The notes under the pieces were generated by a model. The model made no database searches. It had not been told where the DNA came from and was given only the letters and a program-made list of their open reading frames with translations. A stretch of DNA of 64,000 bases from Octopus vulgaris. Taxonomy: Eukaryota. The stretch lies in contig OX597816.1 in NCBI GenBank assembly GCA_951406725.2, forward strand, positions 142,972,001-143,036,000. Direction: 5' to 3'. The translations under genes were made by a program, and so were the position numbers. The stretch's first letter is position 1; every line of letters starts with the position of its first letter. This document shows, one piece after another, positions 38,318 to 51,640 of this stretch.

Positions 38318-38798
38318 ATGTGGTTTGTATTCTCTTGTGTCTGTCCTTTAACAGTTGAATTTCACTTAGCTCTACATTAGCTACAGCAGTGGCTGCAGTT
38401 GAAAATAAATCAATGAGTCTGATTTGCAATGTCAAAGTCATGTCCTTCTGTTGGGGTGGGGACAACACTTTGTAGACCAATATCCTACCCAGGTAAATAG
38501 TACCCTCTCATCAATTTAACATTGTAGAAACTGTAGCTAAGCTTCAGTTCCATGTATTTTTGTTTGCTCTTTTTGTGTGTGTTCATGTGATTCAACAAAG
38601 GATATTCACTACCATTTGATATTGCTTTCACATAACCAAAATAACTGACCTCCACATAACCAAACCATTCTGCTTCCATTTCAAAAACACTCTGACTGAA
38701 ATATTCAACTTGTATTCCTTGCTGCTAGAACAATAGGTGCATTGAAGCATGTCAGGATCTTGTATATTATCAGTATCATCATCCCTGCAGATAGGATG
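38318..38798 (+). repeat. Copy 1 of a ~480-bp local direct duplication (copy 2 at 42078-42557)
   Basis: Near-identical sequence from ATGTGGTTTGTATTCTCTTG to CCCTGCAGATAGGATG; the ORF track shows the same peptide twice. Confidence 0.95.
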
Positions 38799-40129
38799 CA
38801 ATTGTTTATTGCAACACTGCTTTGATTGTGGCTAAGGTCTTCAGTAAGATTCAAATTCATCCAAATACCATAAGGGGAATCGCTAAGCAGGATTAAAGTA
38901 CTGTGGTCTGTGTAAGCATGGAAAATTTCCACATCTAGAGAAAAACATTGAGATTAGCTACTGAGAGATGCCATCTACATGAAAATTAACAGTTAAGCAG
39001 GGGTGAAAATATTTAATGCAGAGCATCAAAAATTTAATTAGAAATACAAACCCAGGAAGAAAGGTGTACATCAATTATGAGATTGTGTGATGGCCATGGA
39101 TTCTCCATAGGTGTATGCAAAATGAACTAGAAATTAAACCAGGATTATAGTTTTTAATTAAGATTTGGAAATATCTTTGGATAACTTGATATTATAATTT
39201 ATATTGGCAAAATATCATGAATTTGAAGGGAATGAATTTAATAAATGGAAGCAAATGGCAATAGTTATTTGGTATTTATGTTATCACTCCTGGAGGGATG
39301 AAAAGCAAAATCAACCTGTGTGAAATTTGAACTCAGACAAAAAAATGAGACAATACTAGTTATTGTCAGTTACCATACTATCCTTCCTACTGCATCACTT
39401 TAAAGAACCTAATATTTAGTTGTCTTTATGCATAATAGATAAGATAGGGGCAATATATGTAATCTAAAATGCTCACTGGAAATAAATATGTGCTAAGGAT
39501 AAAAAATGACATTAGTCAGTAACTATTATTATTTTCTTGTTTGCAAGTAAATTGTACATTATTTTCAGATCAACAATGCTAGTTTGATTTTTTTCTTTTT
39601 TACCTTTTTTTGCTTTTTTTCTCCTTATTTCCTGGACAATCAGTTAGATATATCTCAAATTTCAGCGGTGTTCTCTGAAGTTAGAATTTTTTTTTCATCA
39701 GTTTGCTGGTTTGCATTCAACCCATATGTTTCTATGAGTGTACTTTTTGTGGGGAACTGTGGCTGTTGAAACAGGATGTGCTAAGCATTATAATATGGTA
39801 TAACTGAACATCACTTTATTTAAATAAATACCATATGTTTAAATGACAATAAACTATCTTTATGAATAATGCAGAAAATGTGATATAAAGACAAATACTG
39901 TAGAAGCAAATCATAGAACATTCATAACACACTGTCCTATTAGGTAGATAGGTAAAGTTTGTGTGTGTTTGTGTATATGTGTATGTATGTATATTGGTTT
40001 GCTAGAACAAACAAGGTAAAGGGAACTCAGTACATGAATATATATGCTTTATTATTTTCAATTGGTAGAAGTTATAAAGTGACTCAAAGGCCAAGAATTT
40101 CATGATTATATATTACATACATAATAACA

Positions 40130-40350
40130 TACATGATGATTGCTCCATCTTCATAGATGATCGCTTCCTTGTTGTCAATAGCATTTTTGACTTTCCAGCC
40201 ACGACTTCTCCGATTACTATTCAGTCCTGTTGCAATTCTGCATAGTTTAGACTTTAGAGCATAGGTGACAGACAAAAGTTGCAACTTGCTGTGAGCTTCC
40301 AACTGGTGAGGTCTGCACATATTGCCTCTTTGCCACTGCCATAGAACTTT
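40130..40350 (-). mobile_element. RTE-like LINE extreme 3' end with decayed C-terminal zinc-finger
   Basis: Minus strand ATFVCHLCSKV*/CRIATGLNSNRRS resembles the C..C...(R)IGL.SH.R ends of RTE ORFs, followed by ATCATCAT. Confidence 0.45.
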
Positions 40351-41814
40351 CAGAAGATGGAATAATGAATAAGGTTACCATTAAGAAACATTTATATGTC
40401 ACTGGATTATTGTGATAAGTGCTTGTACAATATATGTACCACTCTGTGAGTCTTTGTGACAGGCGAAAGCAAAATGACCAATAATGAAGTGAAACTGCAG
40501 GTCCACTTCAATTTACATGGTCCTCCTCCTCCTCCTCCACATCATCATCATCCTCATCCTCATCATCATCATCTTCTTCTTCTTCTTCTTCTTTAGATGT
40601 TCATCTTCTTGGTGCAATCCCGTGGTCATTCATGACTGGAGGGGATCTTCACGGGAAGAATCAAGGATGGTTAGAGACACTGAATGGGGAGGAAATGAGT
40701 ATAATGAATGAAGAACATGTGTTGAGGGATCATATATGTTGGTGGAAAGATAAGGGAGAGTAGGTGATGACTGTAAAGATTAGGTAATGCTGAATGGTGG
40801 ACAAGGGTTAGAGGGGAGCATTATCTATATTGTTTATCAGAATTTAAACATTAGAAAAGTTCAAGTTTTTTCATCTCACTATATTGTTTATTTGAAACCC
40901 TGTCATATTTATATTTCATAAATAAATGCTTCCTTGAAGTATTTTACCTATTACCATAAAATAGTTTTAATGTATGATAAAACAGTAGAATTTTGAATTG
41001 ATGCATGAAGATCATAATATATTAAGCTGTATTTCCCTTGTAAATATTTTGTTACAATTGTAATTTTTTTTTAGTTGTTGATAAATGTGTATTTTTGCCT
41101 TGATGTACTTTTAGATCAATTTGTGATAGTGCTCACCACTAAGTAGATACACTAAAAAAGAATCAAACAGATGACAGTATGTAGTCTGAGGGAAATTTAA
41201 CTGCTTTTTTTATTCATTTGATCATGGAACCTCATAGAAGCTTCTTTCTATGGAATAGTGTATGGCAAGTTAATTTTCCAGAGTTCTGCCTATAATACTT
41301 TGTGAAATAAAAATCCTGATATAGTTTTTTGGTCATTGTTGCACTATTATTCAAGCATATTAGTCAATCATGCTAGTAGATAACATCTGATTTCATGGAA
41401 ATAGTTCAATTCTTCATTCTGCCTCTTCTGAATTGGCAGAGATATTATAATACTTGAATTGGCAGAGATTCAGACAAAATGCTAGCATTATTTAGTTATG
41501 GTCTGTTCTAAATTCAAATACTATCAATGCCAATTTTACCTTTCATCTCTTCTGGGATTGATGAAATTAAGTACCAGTAAAATACTGGAGTCAATTTAGT
41601 ATTCTCATAATGCATTCTACAATGAAATTATAATAAGTGGTTGCTAGCTGCATACCTTCACTATGCAAGTCAACATGTCCTACGCATCTCTCCACCCCCC
41701 ACCTTTCACCCTCACAGTATCTCACAATACTTTAAACCCAATATTTCCATCCTAAAACAGCAACTACCAGGAACCCCATCCTGTGCCCTCCGCTCTCCCT
41801 CCCCCAAACTTTTT

Positions 41815-41851
41815 ATGATGATGATGATGGTGGTGGTGGTGGTGGTGCTGG

Positions 41852-41924
<73 letters not shown>
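41815..41924 (+). repeat. (GAT)n/(GGT)n trinucleotide microsatellite
   Basis: Directly visible; produces the poly-M/poly-S pseudo-ORFs. Confidence 0.95.
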
Positions 41925-41925
<1 letters not shown>

Positions 41926-42077
41926 GAATGTTAATCACATCAGTCTCACTAAACAGAAGAGGAACTGCAAAGGTTATGAGCCCAGCTTGTCCTCCTCCTA
42001 TTTTAACTATCTTACAAAAAATATCTTTGATCGTTATTATTTCTATCACTTTAATGTTGGCCTTTACATTGATCTGA

Positions 42078-42557
42078 ATGTGGTTTGTATTCTCTTGTGT
42101 CTGTCCTTTAACAGTTGAATTTCACTTAATTCTACATAGCTACAGCAGTGGTTGCCATTGAAAATAAATCAATGAGTCTGATTTGCAATGTCAAAGTCAT
42201 GTCCTTCTGTTGGGGTGGGGACAACACTTTGTAGACCAATGTCCTACCCAGGTAAATAGTACCCTCTCATCAATTTAACATTGTAGAAACTGTAGCTAAG
42301 CTTCAGTTCCATGTATTTTTGTTTGCTCTTTTTGTGTGTGTTCATGTGATTCAACAAAGGATATTCACTGCCATTTGATATTGCTTTCACATAACCAAGA
42401 TAACTGACCTCCACATAACCAAACCATTCTGCTTCCATTTCAAAAACACTCTGACTGAAATATTCCACTTGTATTTCTTGCTGCTAGAACAATAGGTGCA
42501 TTGAAGCATGTCAGGATCTTGTATATTATCAGTATCATCATCCCTGCAGATAGGATG
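42078..42557 (+). repeat. Copy 2 of the ~480-bp local direct duplication
   Basis: See 38318-38798. Confidence 0.95.
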
Positions 42558-43751
42558 GGTTTTTGCTGTAACATTATGTTTCATGGACAGCCGATTGTGT
42601 ACAGGATGATGACATTACAGTGCAGCTGTTGATGACGGCATATATATTACATCTTTCACAGCAGTCCGACATAACTGACATCTGTTATCACTGTGCAATG
42701 ATAGTGATGGGGTAAAGGGGAGTTTTATGAGAGTTAGTGATTGAGGGTAACAGGGTGTAGTTGGGGTTAGAGCCAGCTTTATTTCACTGGTGCATGTGAT
42801 GTTTAGGTACCTATTGCTTTCATTTAACAAAAGCAAAAAGACAGCAGTAGAAATGCTTATGACAATAAGTGGTATCTGATAGAGATTGAAACTGGGTTGT
42901 AGTCTTCATTTACCAAAATTTACCTCCCGAGAAGCCTACACCACCACGTGTATTGAAATCTGAGTAAGAATATAAAGAAAAGTGATGTAGGACTGACAGA
43001 ATATACATACACACATGCATGCATGTGTGCGCACAAACACACACAAATACACACATGTATGTATGTATGTATGTATGTATGTATGTATGTATGTATGTAT
43101 GTATGTATGTATGTACATATGTATATGTATGTACATAAAAGTGCATGTGTGTGTGTGTACATGTGTGTGCATGCATGTGTGTGTGTGTAGTCATATATAC
43201 GTCATCATCATTAATGTCTGCTTTTCCATGCTTGCATGGGTTCTATGTACATACACAAACATACATATGTATACAAACGTACATACATATGTACATATAT
43301 ATATACACACATAGATAAAATTAATACTGCTTATTCAGAAAATTAGTAAAGGTCACAGGTAGTTTTCAATATAAAAACTCCATTATATCATTAGATGTAT
43401 ATTAGGCATGTAGATGAACCTGGAACCATTAGAAGACAAAAGAGATTTCAATGTAAACATTTTTTTTTCTTTTTTGTCCAATGTTCGTTTTGTGTTAGCA
43501 CCAAATGTCACTTTTATCAAATGAGTGTTTCAAGGAACAGCTTTGATTTACTGACAAATGGTTAATTTAGCAAAAAATACCAAGTTATTCAAAAATATTC
43601 ACCAACTTGGGATGCCAAAGGGAGCATTTTTATTTATATCTTTATTTATGTACATATGTGATGTGTGTGTATATAATATATATATATGTATGTATGTATA
43701 TATATGTATATATATATATGTATATATGTATATATATGTGTGTGTATATAA

Positions 43752-43804
<53 letters not shown>

Positions 43805-43897
43805 TGCATGTGTGGGTATGTATGTATGTATATGTGTCAGTATTTATGTATGTGTACATAAATATGTACATTTGGATGTTTCGCTCTCTCTCACTCA

Positions 43898-43935
<38 letters not shown>

Positions 43936-44339
43936 GTCAGCATGTGTGTGTATTTAGTAATTTTATCCAACACATTATAGCACATTTAGTTGTTGGTCTA
44001 CCAAAATATATGAATAAACTGTATTAAATGATGGGATTGACTGGTGATTTGGAAACAGTGAACTGGAATAAATGGTGATATAACATTTAAACCTTAGTTT
44101 ACACAGATGGACTTAATTGAACTTATGTGCGAAGTGGACATATTAACATCTTTAGAATAGAAATAGATGTTTGTCTTTTTTAGTATGTATCTCTCACCCT
44201 CTTTCTCATCAGACACACACACACACATATATACCATCCTCCAAGTACTACATTGCAGCAACCAGTAAACAAAGTACATTGAGTATGTGCAGTTGATAAT
44301 ATTTACAATGACACTAGCACTGCTATTCATTCATTTTAT

Positions 44340-44665
44340 ATCATCATTATCATCATCATTTAATATCTGTTGTCCATGCTGGCATGGGTTGGACGGTTTG
44401 ACTGGGATGGCACGTTGGGAGGCTGCGCCAAGATCCAGTCTGATTTGGCATGGTTTTCTATAGCTGGATGCCCTTCCTAATGCCAACCAATCTGAGAGTG
44501 CAATGGATGCTTTTACATGCTACTGGCATGGGTGCCATTTGCGTGACACTGGTATCTGCCATGACTGTGATTTTGCTCAGCTTCATGGGTCTTCTTCTCA
44601 AGCACAACATAATGCCAAAGGTCTTCGTCACTGCCTCCATGAAGCCCAACACTCGAAAGTACTCC
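44340..44665 (-). mobile_element. RTE LINE 3' end fragment
   Basis: (CAT)n tail plus CCATGCTGGCATGGGTTGGACGG...GGATGCCCTTCCTAATGCCAACCA. Confidence 0.75.
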
Positions 44666-44681
44666 TAAATAATATTTGTCT

Positions 44682-44732
<51 letters not shown>

Positions 44733-45536
44733 AGTGTGTCACAATTTTTATAAGTACACCATATCTCTTCATGTTGCAAGTGGTGACTGAAAGAGTTGGC
44801 ATTCAATTACCCATGCCAGCTTAAAATAACAATGAGGATGATATATCCTCATATGAACCATTGAGGGTACTTCTACAGTTATCTGACCTGCTACAAATAG
44901 AAATCTAATTCTCTCAAAATTTCAGTCTTCAAATGAAAGACTATATTGGGTAATGTGGTACTTGATATATTGGCTGAATAATAAATGGGGCAGTCATAGC
45001 TGATATATTTTTGATCATAGATCTGCTCTCTCAGCATTGACCAGGATCTAACCTTCAAGTAGCTGTACTTCTAATGCAATGTGGTGTTGGTGGTATGAAA
45101 AAAGCACCCAGCACATGTTGTAAAGTGGCTACATTAGAAAGGGTACCCAGCCATAAAAAAGAGCACACCAAGACAGACATAGGAGCTCAATGCAATCCTT
45201 GGGCCCATATAGGATCCTGTCAAATTAGGATGATGATGATGAATATACTATACATTTGTTTCTAATTTTAAAATATTCAAGAATCTGTGGAGATGTGATT
45301 TGGTAGAATAATTATTTTGTTGCTATTAAGCCAGTGGTCAGTATTTGGATCATGACTTAATGAAAGGTTCTTTAATTAATATGATGTTACATGAAATTTT
45401 AAAACAGGTTGTTTTGGGTCAGAAACAGAAATTGAATGAAGTGAGTTAGTAACAAAAGAGCTAGACACTCAACAACAGCAACAATAACTTCTCTCTACAT
45501 TAGAACACAATACAAGACATTATTTAAATTATTCCT

Positions 45537-45770
45537 GGCCGTTGCCAGTACCGCCTAACTGGCCCTCGTGCTGGTGGCACATAAAAGCACCCACTACACT
45601 CTCGGAATGGTTGGCGCTAGGAAGGGTATCCAGCTGTAGAAACTCTGCCAAATCAAGATTGGAGCCTGGTGCAGCCATCTGGTTCGCCAGTCCTCAGTCA
45701 AATCGTCCAACCCATGCTAGCATGGAAAGTGGATGTTAAACGATGAGGATGATGATGATGATGAAGATGA
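45537..45770 (+). mobile_element. RTE LINE 3' end / RTE-tailed SINE
   Basis: AAAAGCACCCACTACACTCTCGG...CCAACCCATGCTAGCATGGAAAG...(GAT)n. Confidence 0.75.
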
Positions 45771-47216
45771 GGCACCTGCTCTACCAGTGAGGTGTGACAA
45801 TATTTTGGTGAGGAGAGATTACTTCAAGAGTGGGGATTAAGTAAGTAATACGTGAATAAAACTTGCAATAATTTTAAAATTAAAACTTTGAAATAAATGT
45901 GTGTGAGTGCATTTTTGTGTCAGTGCACCACCAACACTTGACAACCAGTGTTGGTATGTTTACATTCCCATAACTCAGTGGTTCAGCAAAAGAGACCAAT
46001 AGAATAAGTATTAGGCTTTAAAAAAGTAATATCGTACTAGAGTCGATTCATTCAACTAGAAATTCTTCAAGGCCATACCCCAGCATGGCCACAGTCTAAT
46101 GACTGCAACAAATAAAAGATAAAAGAACATATGCTATATCCTAATTTAGCCATTCATGGTGGGACAGACATGGAACAAAATAATGATTTAAAGAGCAACA
46201 AAAGCCAGTTGGGTATATACACTCAAATATACATATAGTGAGCCAACAAGAAAGCATCTTCATGATTGCTTGACGGTAAAATTTTCCTCAAAGCTCTATC
46301 TTCTTCAAAAAGACAGGATGAATTAAATAATGTAGTCCTAGATATGTTATCCTGAGTGAGGTCTGCCCTGGAGTTTAAACAACAATTCAATATTCTTTTA
46401 TTCTGTTATTTTACCTGTTTCAGTTATTGGACTGTGGTCATGCTGGGGCATCAGCTCCAAACAAAGTGACCCCAGTACTTATTCTTTTTAAATCTCAAAC
46501 TCATTCCTTTGTTCTCTTTTATTGACTCATTAAGTTACAGTGGTTGTCCAGCAGTGTGGGACAAATCTCATAGATATGCACACACATACATACAAATATA
46601 CAAACTCTCTCTTTCTCTCTCTCTCTCTCACCCACCCACACACGTATGCACACATGCACACACTGACTCACATGACAGGTTTCATAGTTTCTAACTGCAA
46701 ATTCACTCACAGGGCATTGGTCAGCTCATGGTTATAATAAGTTAAGTGCTGCCCAGTAGGACTAGGTCCAAAATCATGTGGTCATGAAGCAAACTTCTTA
46801 ACCACACAGTCATGTCTGCATCTCCAAGAATGAATAAAGTTGTCCAACACTCGCACCCAATTCTTAACTGTCCCCTTAACTCAGTGAAGATTATTGTTGG
46901 TCAAATTTTATGTTACTCAATCCATCAATATTAACAAAAAAAAAAATGAATGATGTGATTCTCACACCTCACTTCAAGTTATTTTGCTTAGGGAACTAGC
47001 AATATTTTTTTTTTCTTACATGCCAAGTTATATCTTGAGAGCATAATACACTAAAAGAATGGATGTGTATTTAAGAAGTTCACTTCGCAACCATGTGGTT
47101 CTAGGTTTTGTCCTACTGTGCAGCTGCTTTAGGCAGATGTCATCCACCATAGCATTTGGTTGGCCAATACCTTGTGAGTAGAATGAAGCTGAGGAAAGTA
47201 ACACCCATCCTTCTTT

Positions 47217-47217
<1 letters not shown>

Positions 47218-47271
<54 letters not shown>

Positions 47272-47307
47272 CCTATCTGTCTGTCTGTCTGTCTATCTAT
47301 CTAGCTG

Positions 47308-47368
<61 letters not shown>
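47218..47368. repeat. (TATC)n/(TGTC)n tetranucleotide microsatellite
   Basis: Directly visible. Confidence 0.95.
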
Positions 47369-47539
47369 TTGTGTGTGTAGATGTATGTATTTTCTCACCT
47401 AACAATAAAAACAAGAACAATTTCATCCAACAAGAATACATTGATGTTTCCTGGTTCTATGAATACATTTTGTTCAAACTATAAAACACTAATAAGACAA
47501 TATAAAGGACTAATAAGATGGTAATATGAATAGGATTTA

Positions 47540-47762
47540 AGGCAGTGAGCTGGCAGAATTGTTACTGTGCCAGATAAAATACTTAGCGGCATTTCTTCAG
47601 ACTTTATGTTCTGAGTTCAAAAGCCATCGGAGTAGATTTTACCTTTCATCCTTTCAGTGTTGATAAAGTAAGTACCAGTTGTGTACTGGGGTTGATGTCA
47701 TCAACTAGCCCACACCCCCTCCTTGAAATTGCCAGCCTTGTGCCAAAATGTTGAAACCAATA
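47540..47762 (+). mobile_element. SINE (Meta/MESC-like core family), CpG-decayed copy
   Basis: Same layout as 9746-9950 but with CG changed to TG/CA (GGCAGTGAGCTGGCAGAATTGTTA..., GTTGATAAA). Confidence 0.8.
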
Positions 47763-49049
47763 TGAAAAGGATTTAATGAGATGAAACACTGGATAAAAAT
47801 TTTTAGGTTGCTGTTTCCAATGTTCAAAACAAAGCTGCTCTCCTTACACACAAACATGTATGCATATATGTATGTATGCATGCGTGTGTGTGTGTATGTG
47901 TGCGCACGTATGTGTGTAATTCTTTGTGTCTTTAGATGCAGACACACTTCCCCACTCTATCATAATGTTAAAGATACAGTGATACTCTGAAAATATATAT
48001 AATTATTGCTGCATGTATGTATGTAAGGTAGGAGGTATCAAATGTGCATTATATTTATGCTTCACTGCATAATTAGATTATCTGGGTTTTTGATTAGATG
48101 CATGAAAATACATGTGTAGATTTGTTTAAGTCGTATGTGTGTGTGCATATGCTTGCATGTGTTTCATCCCACCCCATCATTAATATTCGTTTCTTGCATA
48201 AGTTTGAAATATGAGAATTTTCAAAGGAAAGTAATGTGAAATTAGCTGCATAAATGACAAGAAATGGATTCAAGTGGAAGATTGAAACTGGATAGCAAGC
48301 TTGGTTTGCAGAGAGCAAAAGGTCTTTTTCGGTGTTGTTCATCACCACACACAGCATAATATCATTTGAAATTATAAAATAACTGTAAGTTATTCTTGAC
48401 TGTTTTGAGTTACTGCTTTCGGTGTTTACCCTACCAAAAACGGCCAACTAAGTGCTGAACATTGACTATATTGTCAAAGCATGTCTCAACCATGACACGT
48501 GTTTAAATAATGTGAACTCCTTACTTAATTTATTTGTTTTATGGTGGTTTAATAGTCCAATTCCAGAGAAATGTTTTTCTTTTGCATTAAGGACACAGTC
48601 TATGACACGTAAATTTATTGATATTGCTACCAGCTGCCGTTTACATATATATACTTTTGGTGGTGTGAACACCATACAGTGATGGTAATAACTAAGAAAA
48701 CCAAGGTTGTAGGTTCACTTCTCAACTGACCCATTCATTTATCTTATTTGTATTGTATTAAGTATGTTTCATTCTTTGTTCTCATCTTATTCATGTTTCA
48801 TTTTTGGCTTGTTTTCTACAGCTGGATACCTTTCCTAACACTAATCACTTTACAGGGTAACTGTATCTTTCAAAAAGTTTTCAAAGAATGATCCAGTACA
48901 AAATCCATGGATGATTCATTATTTGTAGTGTTTGATTTGGTTGTTGTATAGGTGCTTCATCAAGAGTTAGGGTAGGCAAATCAAAGCAATTCCTATTAAT
49001 ATTGCTACTTTGGATTGGAGCATGATCATTGTACATAATCTCAGCCTTA

Positions 49050-49660
49050 TCTGGGGTATCTCCTGGCAAGGATAAGTCACACATTTCTATCTTATATTTT
49101 TGGTCACTTGGTAAACAAATATAAACATATTGAAGATTTGATTCCAGTAGTTCAAAAGAGTTTTTCTTATCACAGATGTATCTGAAACTTTCAGAGAGAG
49201 GTAAGCCAAATTAGCACACTCGTTCCTTTACCAGTTTGCAAAGAAGATAAAGACATGTTCACAAGATGTTGAGTTTGTAGATGTACATAATAAAGATTTC
49301 TCTGAAGGTAAAGCATCAGGTAAAGCATATTCTCATGAAAAGACGGGTAGATTTTTGAGCTAAAGTCATGGTTCTCCAGATGATGTTAACAGAATGATCA
49401 TGCTTCTTATAGCCATCAGGATGGCATGGAGCCTCATAACAAGTTGGGGTGGGGAATATTTCTATCAAAGAAGTCTTTACTTCAGATGACATGAAGGATG
49501 TTCTTTGATCTGTGTGGACATGTCTAGGTAAACCAAAAATAACAGTCAAGCAAGAAATGGCACTTAGTGAAGAAATATCATAAAAGAAAGCAAATGGAAA
49601 GCAGAATATTCATTAACTACAATCAATAAATATTTGTTCCTTGATGATGAAGGCATGGCC
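49050..49660 (-). mobile_element. Gypsy/Ty3 LTR-retrotransposon integrase remnant
   Basis: Minus strand: MPSSSRNKYLLIVVNEYS/FPFAF..., VIFGLPRHVHTDQRTSFMSSEVK, IIWRTMTLA, ELLESNLQYVYI. These are rve-type integrase motifs with frameshifts. Confidence 0.8.
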
Positions 49661-50046
49661 ACTATCCAATGATTGAAACAAATAAAAGATAAAGATATGT
49701 GTTGATACATAAACATACATGTTTGTATGTGTGTATTTGATATTTATGTATATATATCTATATGTACACATCTCTCTCCGCAAATATGTGTGTGTGTGGA
49801 AAACATATATATATCTATAGTAATGATAACAATAATCCTCGGATGGAATTTATAAACATTTAATGCAGAGCTATGCTCATTTCCACAAAGATCACAGTCC
49901 ATATTCCTGGGAAGATTACATTTGCAACCTTGCAAAACTGGTTCACCAGTCAGCATCATTAGACTGTGGCTGGTATAGTGGAATAGGAGCTTTATTTGCA
50001 TATCAAAACATTTCCTGTAAACAAATTTAAAAGATATATATATATC

Positions 50047-51110
50047 AGAGGAAGGTTGACAAGGAAAATAGTTCTTATGTGTGGAAGGTGTACTAAAAAT
50101 GTATAGAAAATAGACTCTATTAAATGCCAGGGGAAAAAACTAGAAGTAGTTGATAGCTTCTGTTACCTAGGAGACCAAGTTAGTAGGTGGAGTGGATACT
50201 CCGAGAGCGTAGCTGCTAGAAAAAGAATAGGCAGGGCAAAGTTCGGAGAGTTCCTACCTCTGTTGGTAACAAAGGGCCTCTCTCTCAGAATGAAAGGTAG
50301 ATTGTATGATGCCTGCATATAAACAGCCATGCTACACAGCTGTGAAACATGGTCTGTGACTGCCAAGGAGGTGTAAGCTTAAAAGAAATGAAACTAGTGG
50401 GCTTTGCTGGATATGTAATGTCAGTGTGCATGCATGACAGAGCGTAAGCATCTTGAGGGAAAGTTGGACAAAAGAAGCATCAGATGTAGTGTGCAAAAGA
50501 GACAACTGTACTGGTATGGTCATGTGATGCGTATGGATGAGGACAGCTGTGTGAAGAAGTGCAAAACTCTAAAAGTGGAGGGAACCTGTGGAAGAGGTAG
50601 ACCCAGGAAGACATGAGATGAGGTGGTGAAAGATGATCTTTGAATCTTGGGTTTCACAGAGGCAATGAAAAGTGACCAAGACCTTTGGCTATATGCTGTG
50701 CTTGAGAAGACTCATCAAGCCAAGTGAAATCATAGTCATGGCCAATGCCAGTGTCACATAACTGGCATCCATGCCAATGGCATGTAAGAAGTACTGTTTC
50801 AATGTTGGGCCTCACAGGGGCAGTGACAAGTGACTGAGACACTTGATGATACACCATGTTTGAGATGACCGGTCAAACCAAGCAAGACCGTAGTCATGGC
50901 GTAACTGGCACCTGTGCTGGTGGAGCATAAAAAGCACCCACTACACTCTTGAAGTGGTTGGCGCTAGAAAGGGCATCTACCCATAGAAACCATGCCAAAT
51001 CAGATTGGAACCTGGTGCAGCTCAACTTCCTAGTTTTCAGTCAAACCATCCAACCCATACCAGCATGGACAACAGACGTTAAATGATGATGTTGACGATG
51101 ATGATGATGA
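50047..51110 (+). mobile_element. RTE-clade LINE, 5'-truncated ORF C-terminus plus 3'UTR
   Basis: LEVVDSFCYLGDQV...LPLLVTKGLSLRMKGRLYDACI*TAMLHSCETW...LYWYGHVMRMDEDSCVKKCKTLKVEGTCGRGRPRKT, ending in (GAT)n. Confidence 0.9.
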
Positions 51111-51563
51111 TATATATATTTGGGTTCAGTTTCACTGCTAGCAACTTGCACAGATGTCTTCTATATTAGTCTTGCAGACTAAAGCCTTTGGAGTGGATTT
51201 GGTGGATGAGAACTGAAAGAAATCCGGTGTGTGTATGTGTGTGTGCATGCATGCATGCTTGTGTGTATGCATCTTTTATCTTTTACTTGTTTTAGTCATT
51301 AGACTGCAACTATTCTGGGACACCATGTTGACAAACTTTAGTCAAGCAAGTCAACTCCTTACTTATTCTTTTTTAAGCCTGACACTTTTCTATTGGTTTA
51401 TTTTGCTGAACCACAAAGTTACAAGGACATAAGCAAACCAACACCAGTTGTCAAGCAGTGGTGGAGGACAAACCCAAAAACATACACACACACACATACA
51501 TACATACATACATACATACACATACATACATACATACATACATACATACATACATACAAACAT

Positions 51564-51635
<72 letters not shown>

Positions 51636-51640
<5 letters not shown>

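Larger units (their letters stand above)
38050..42950 (-). mobile_element. Fragmented, rearranged CACTA/EnSpm-like transposase remnants
   Basis: Frameshifted minus-strand pieces: CQLC...VIYMP..QQL (~42680-42620), NF(H)MLT...PLWY..FES (~38930-38845) and a C-terminal-like IKDIFCKIVKI...FAVPLLFSETD (~42040-41940). Possible CAC terminus at ~42950. Motif resemblance only. Confidence 0.35.

Noticed and set aside
38355-38492. Plus-strand exon-like segment (TTTAACAG|...CCCAG|GTAAAT, 138 nt), duplicated at ~42115-42251, suggesting mutually exclusive exons
   Set aside because: Stops in all three frames, and the duplication extends far past the putative splice sites.
41641-42049. Poly-Met/Val and poly-Ser/Pro ORFs
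   Set aside because: Translation of a (GAT)n/(GGT)n microsatellite.
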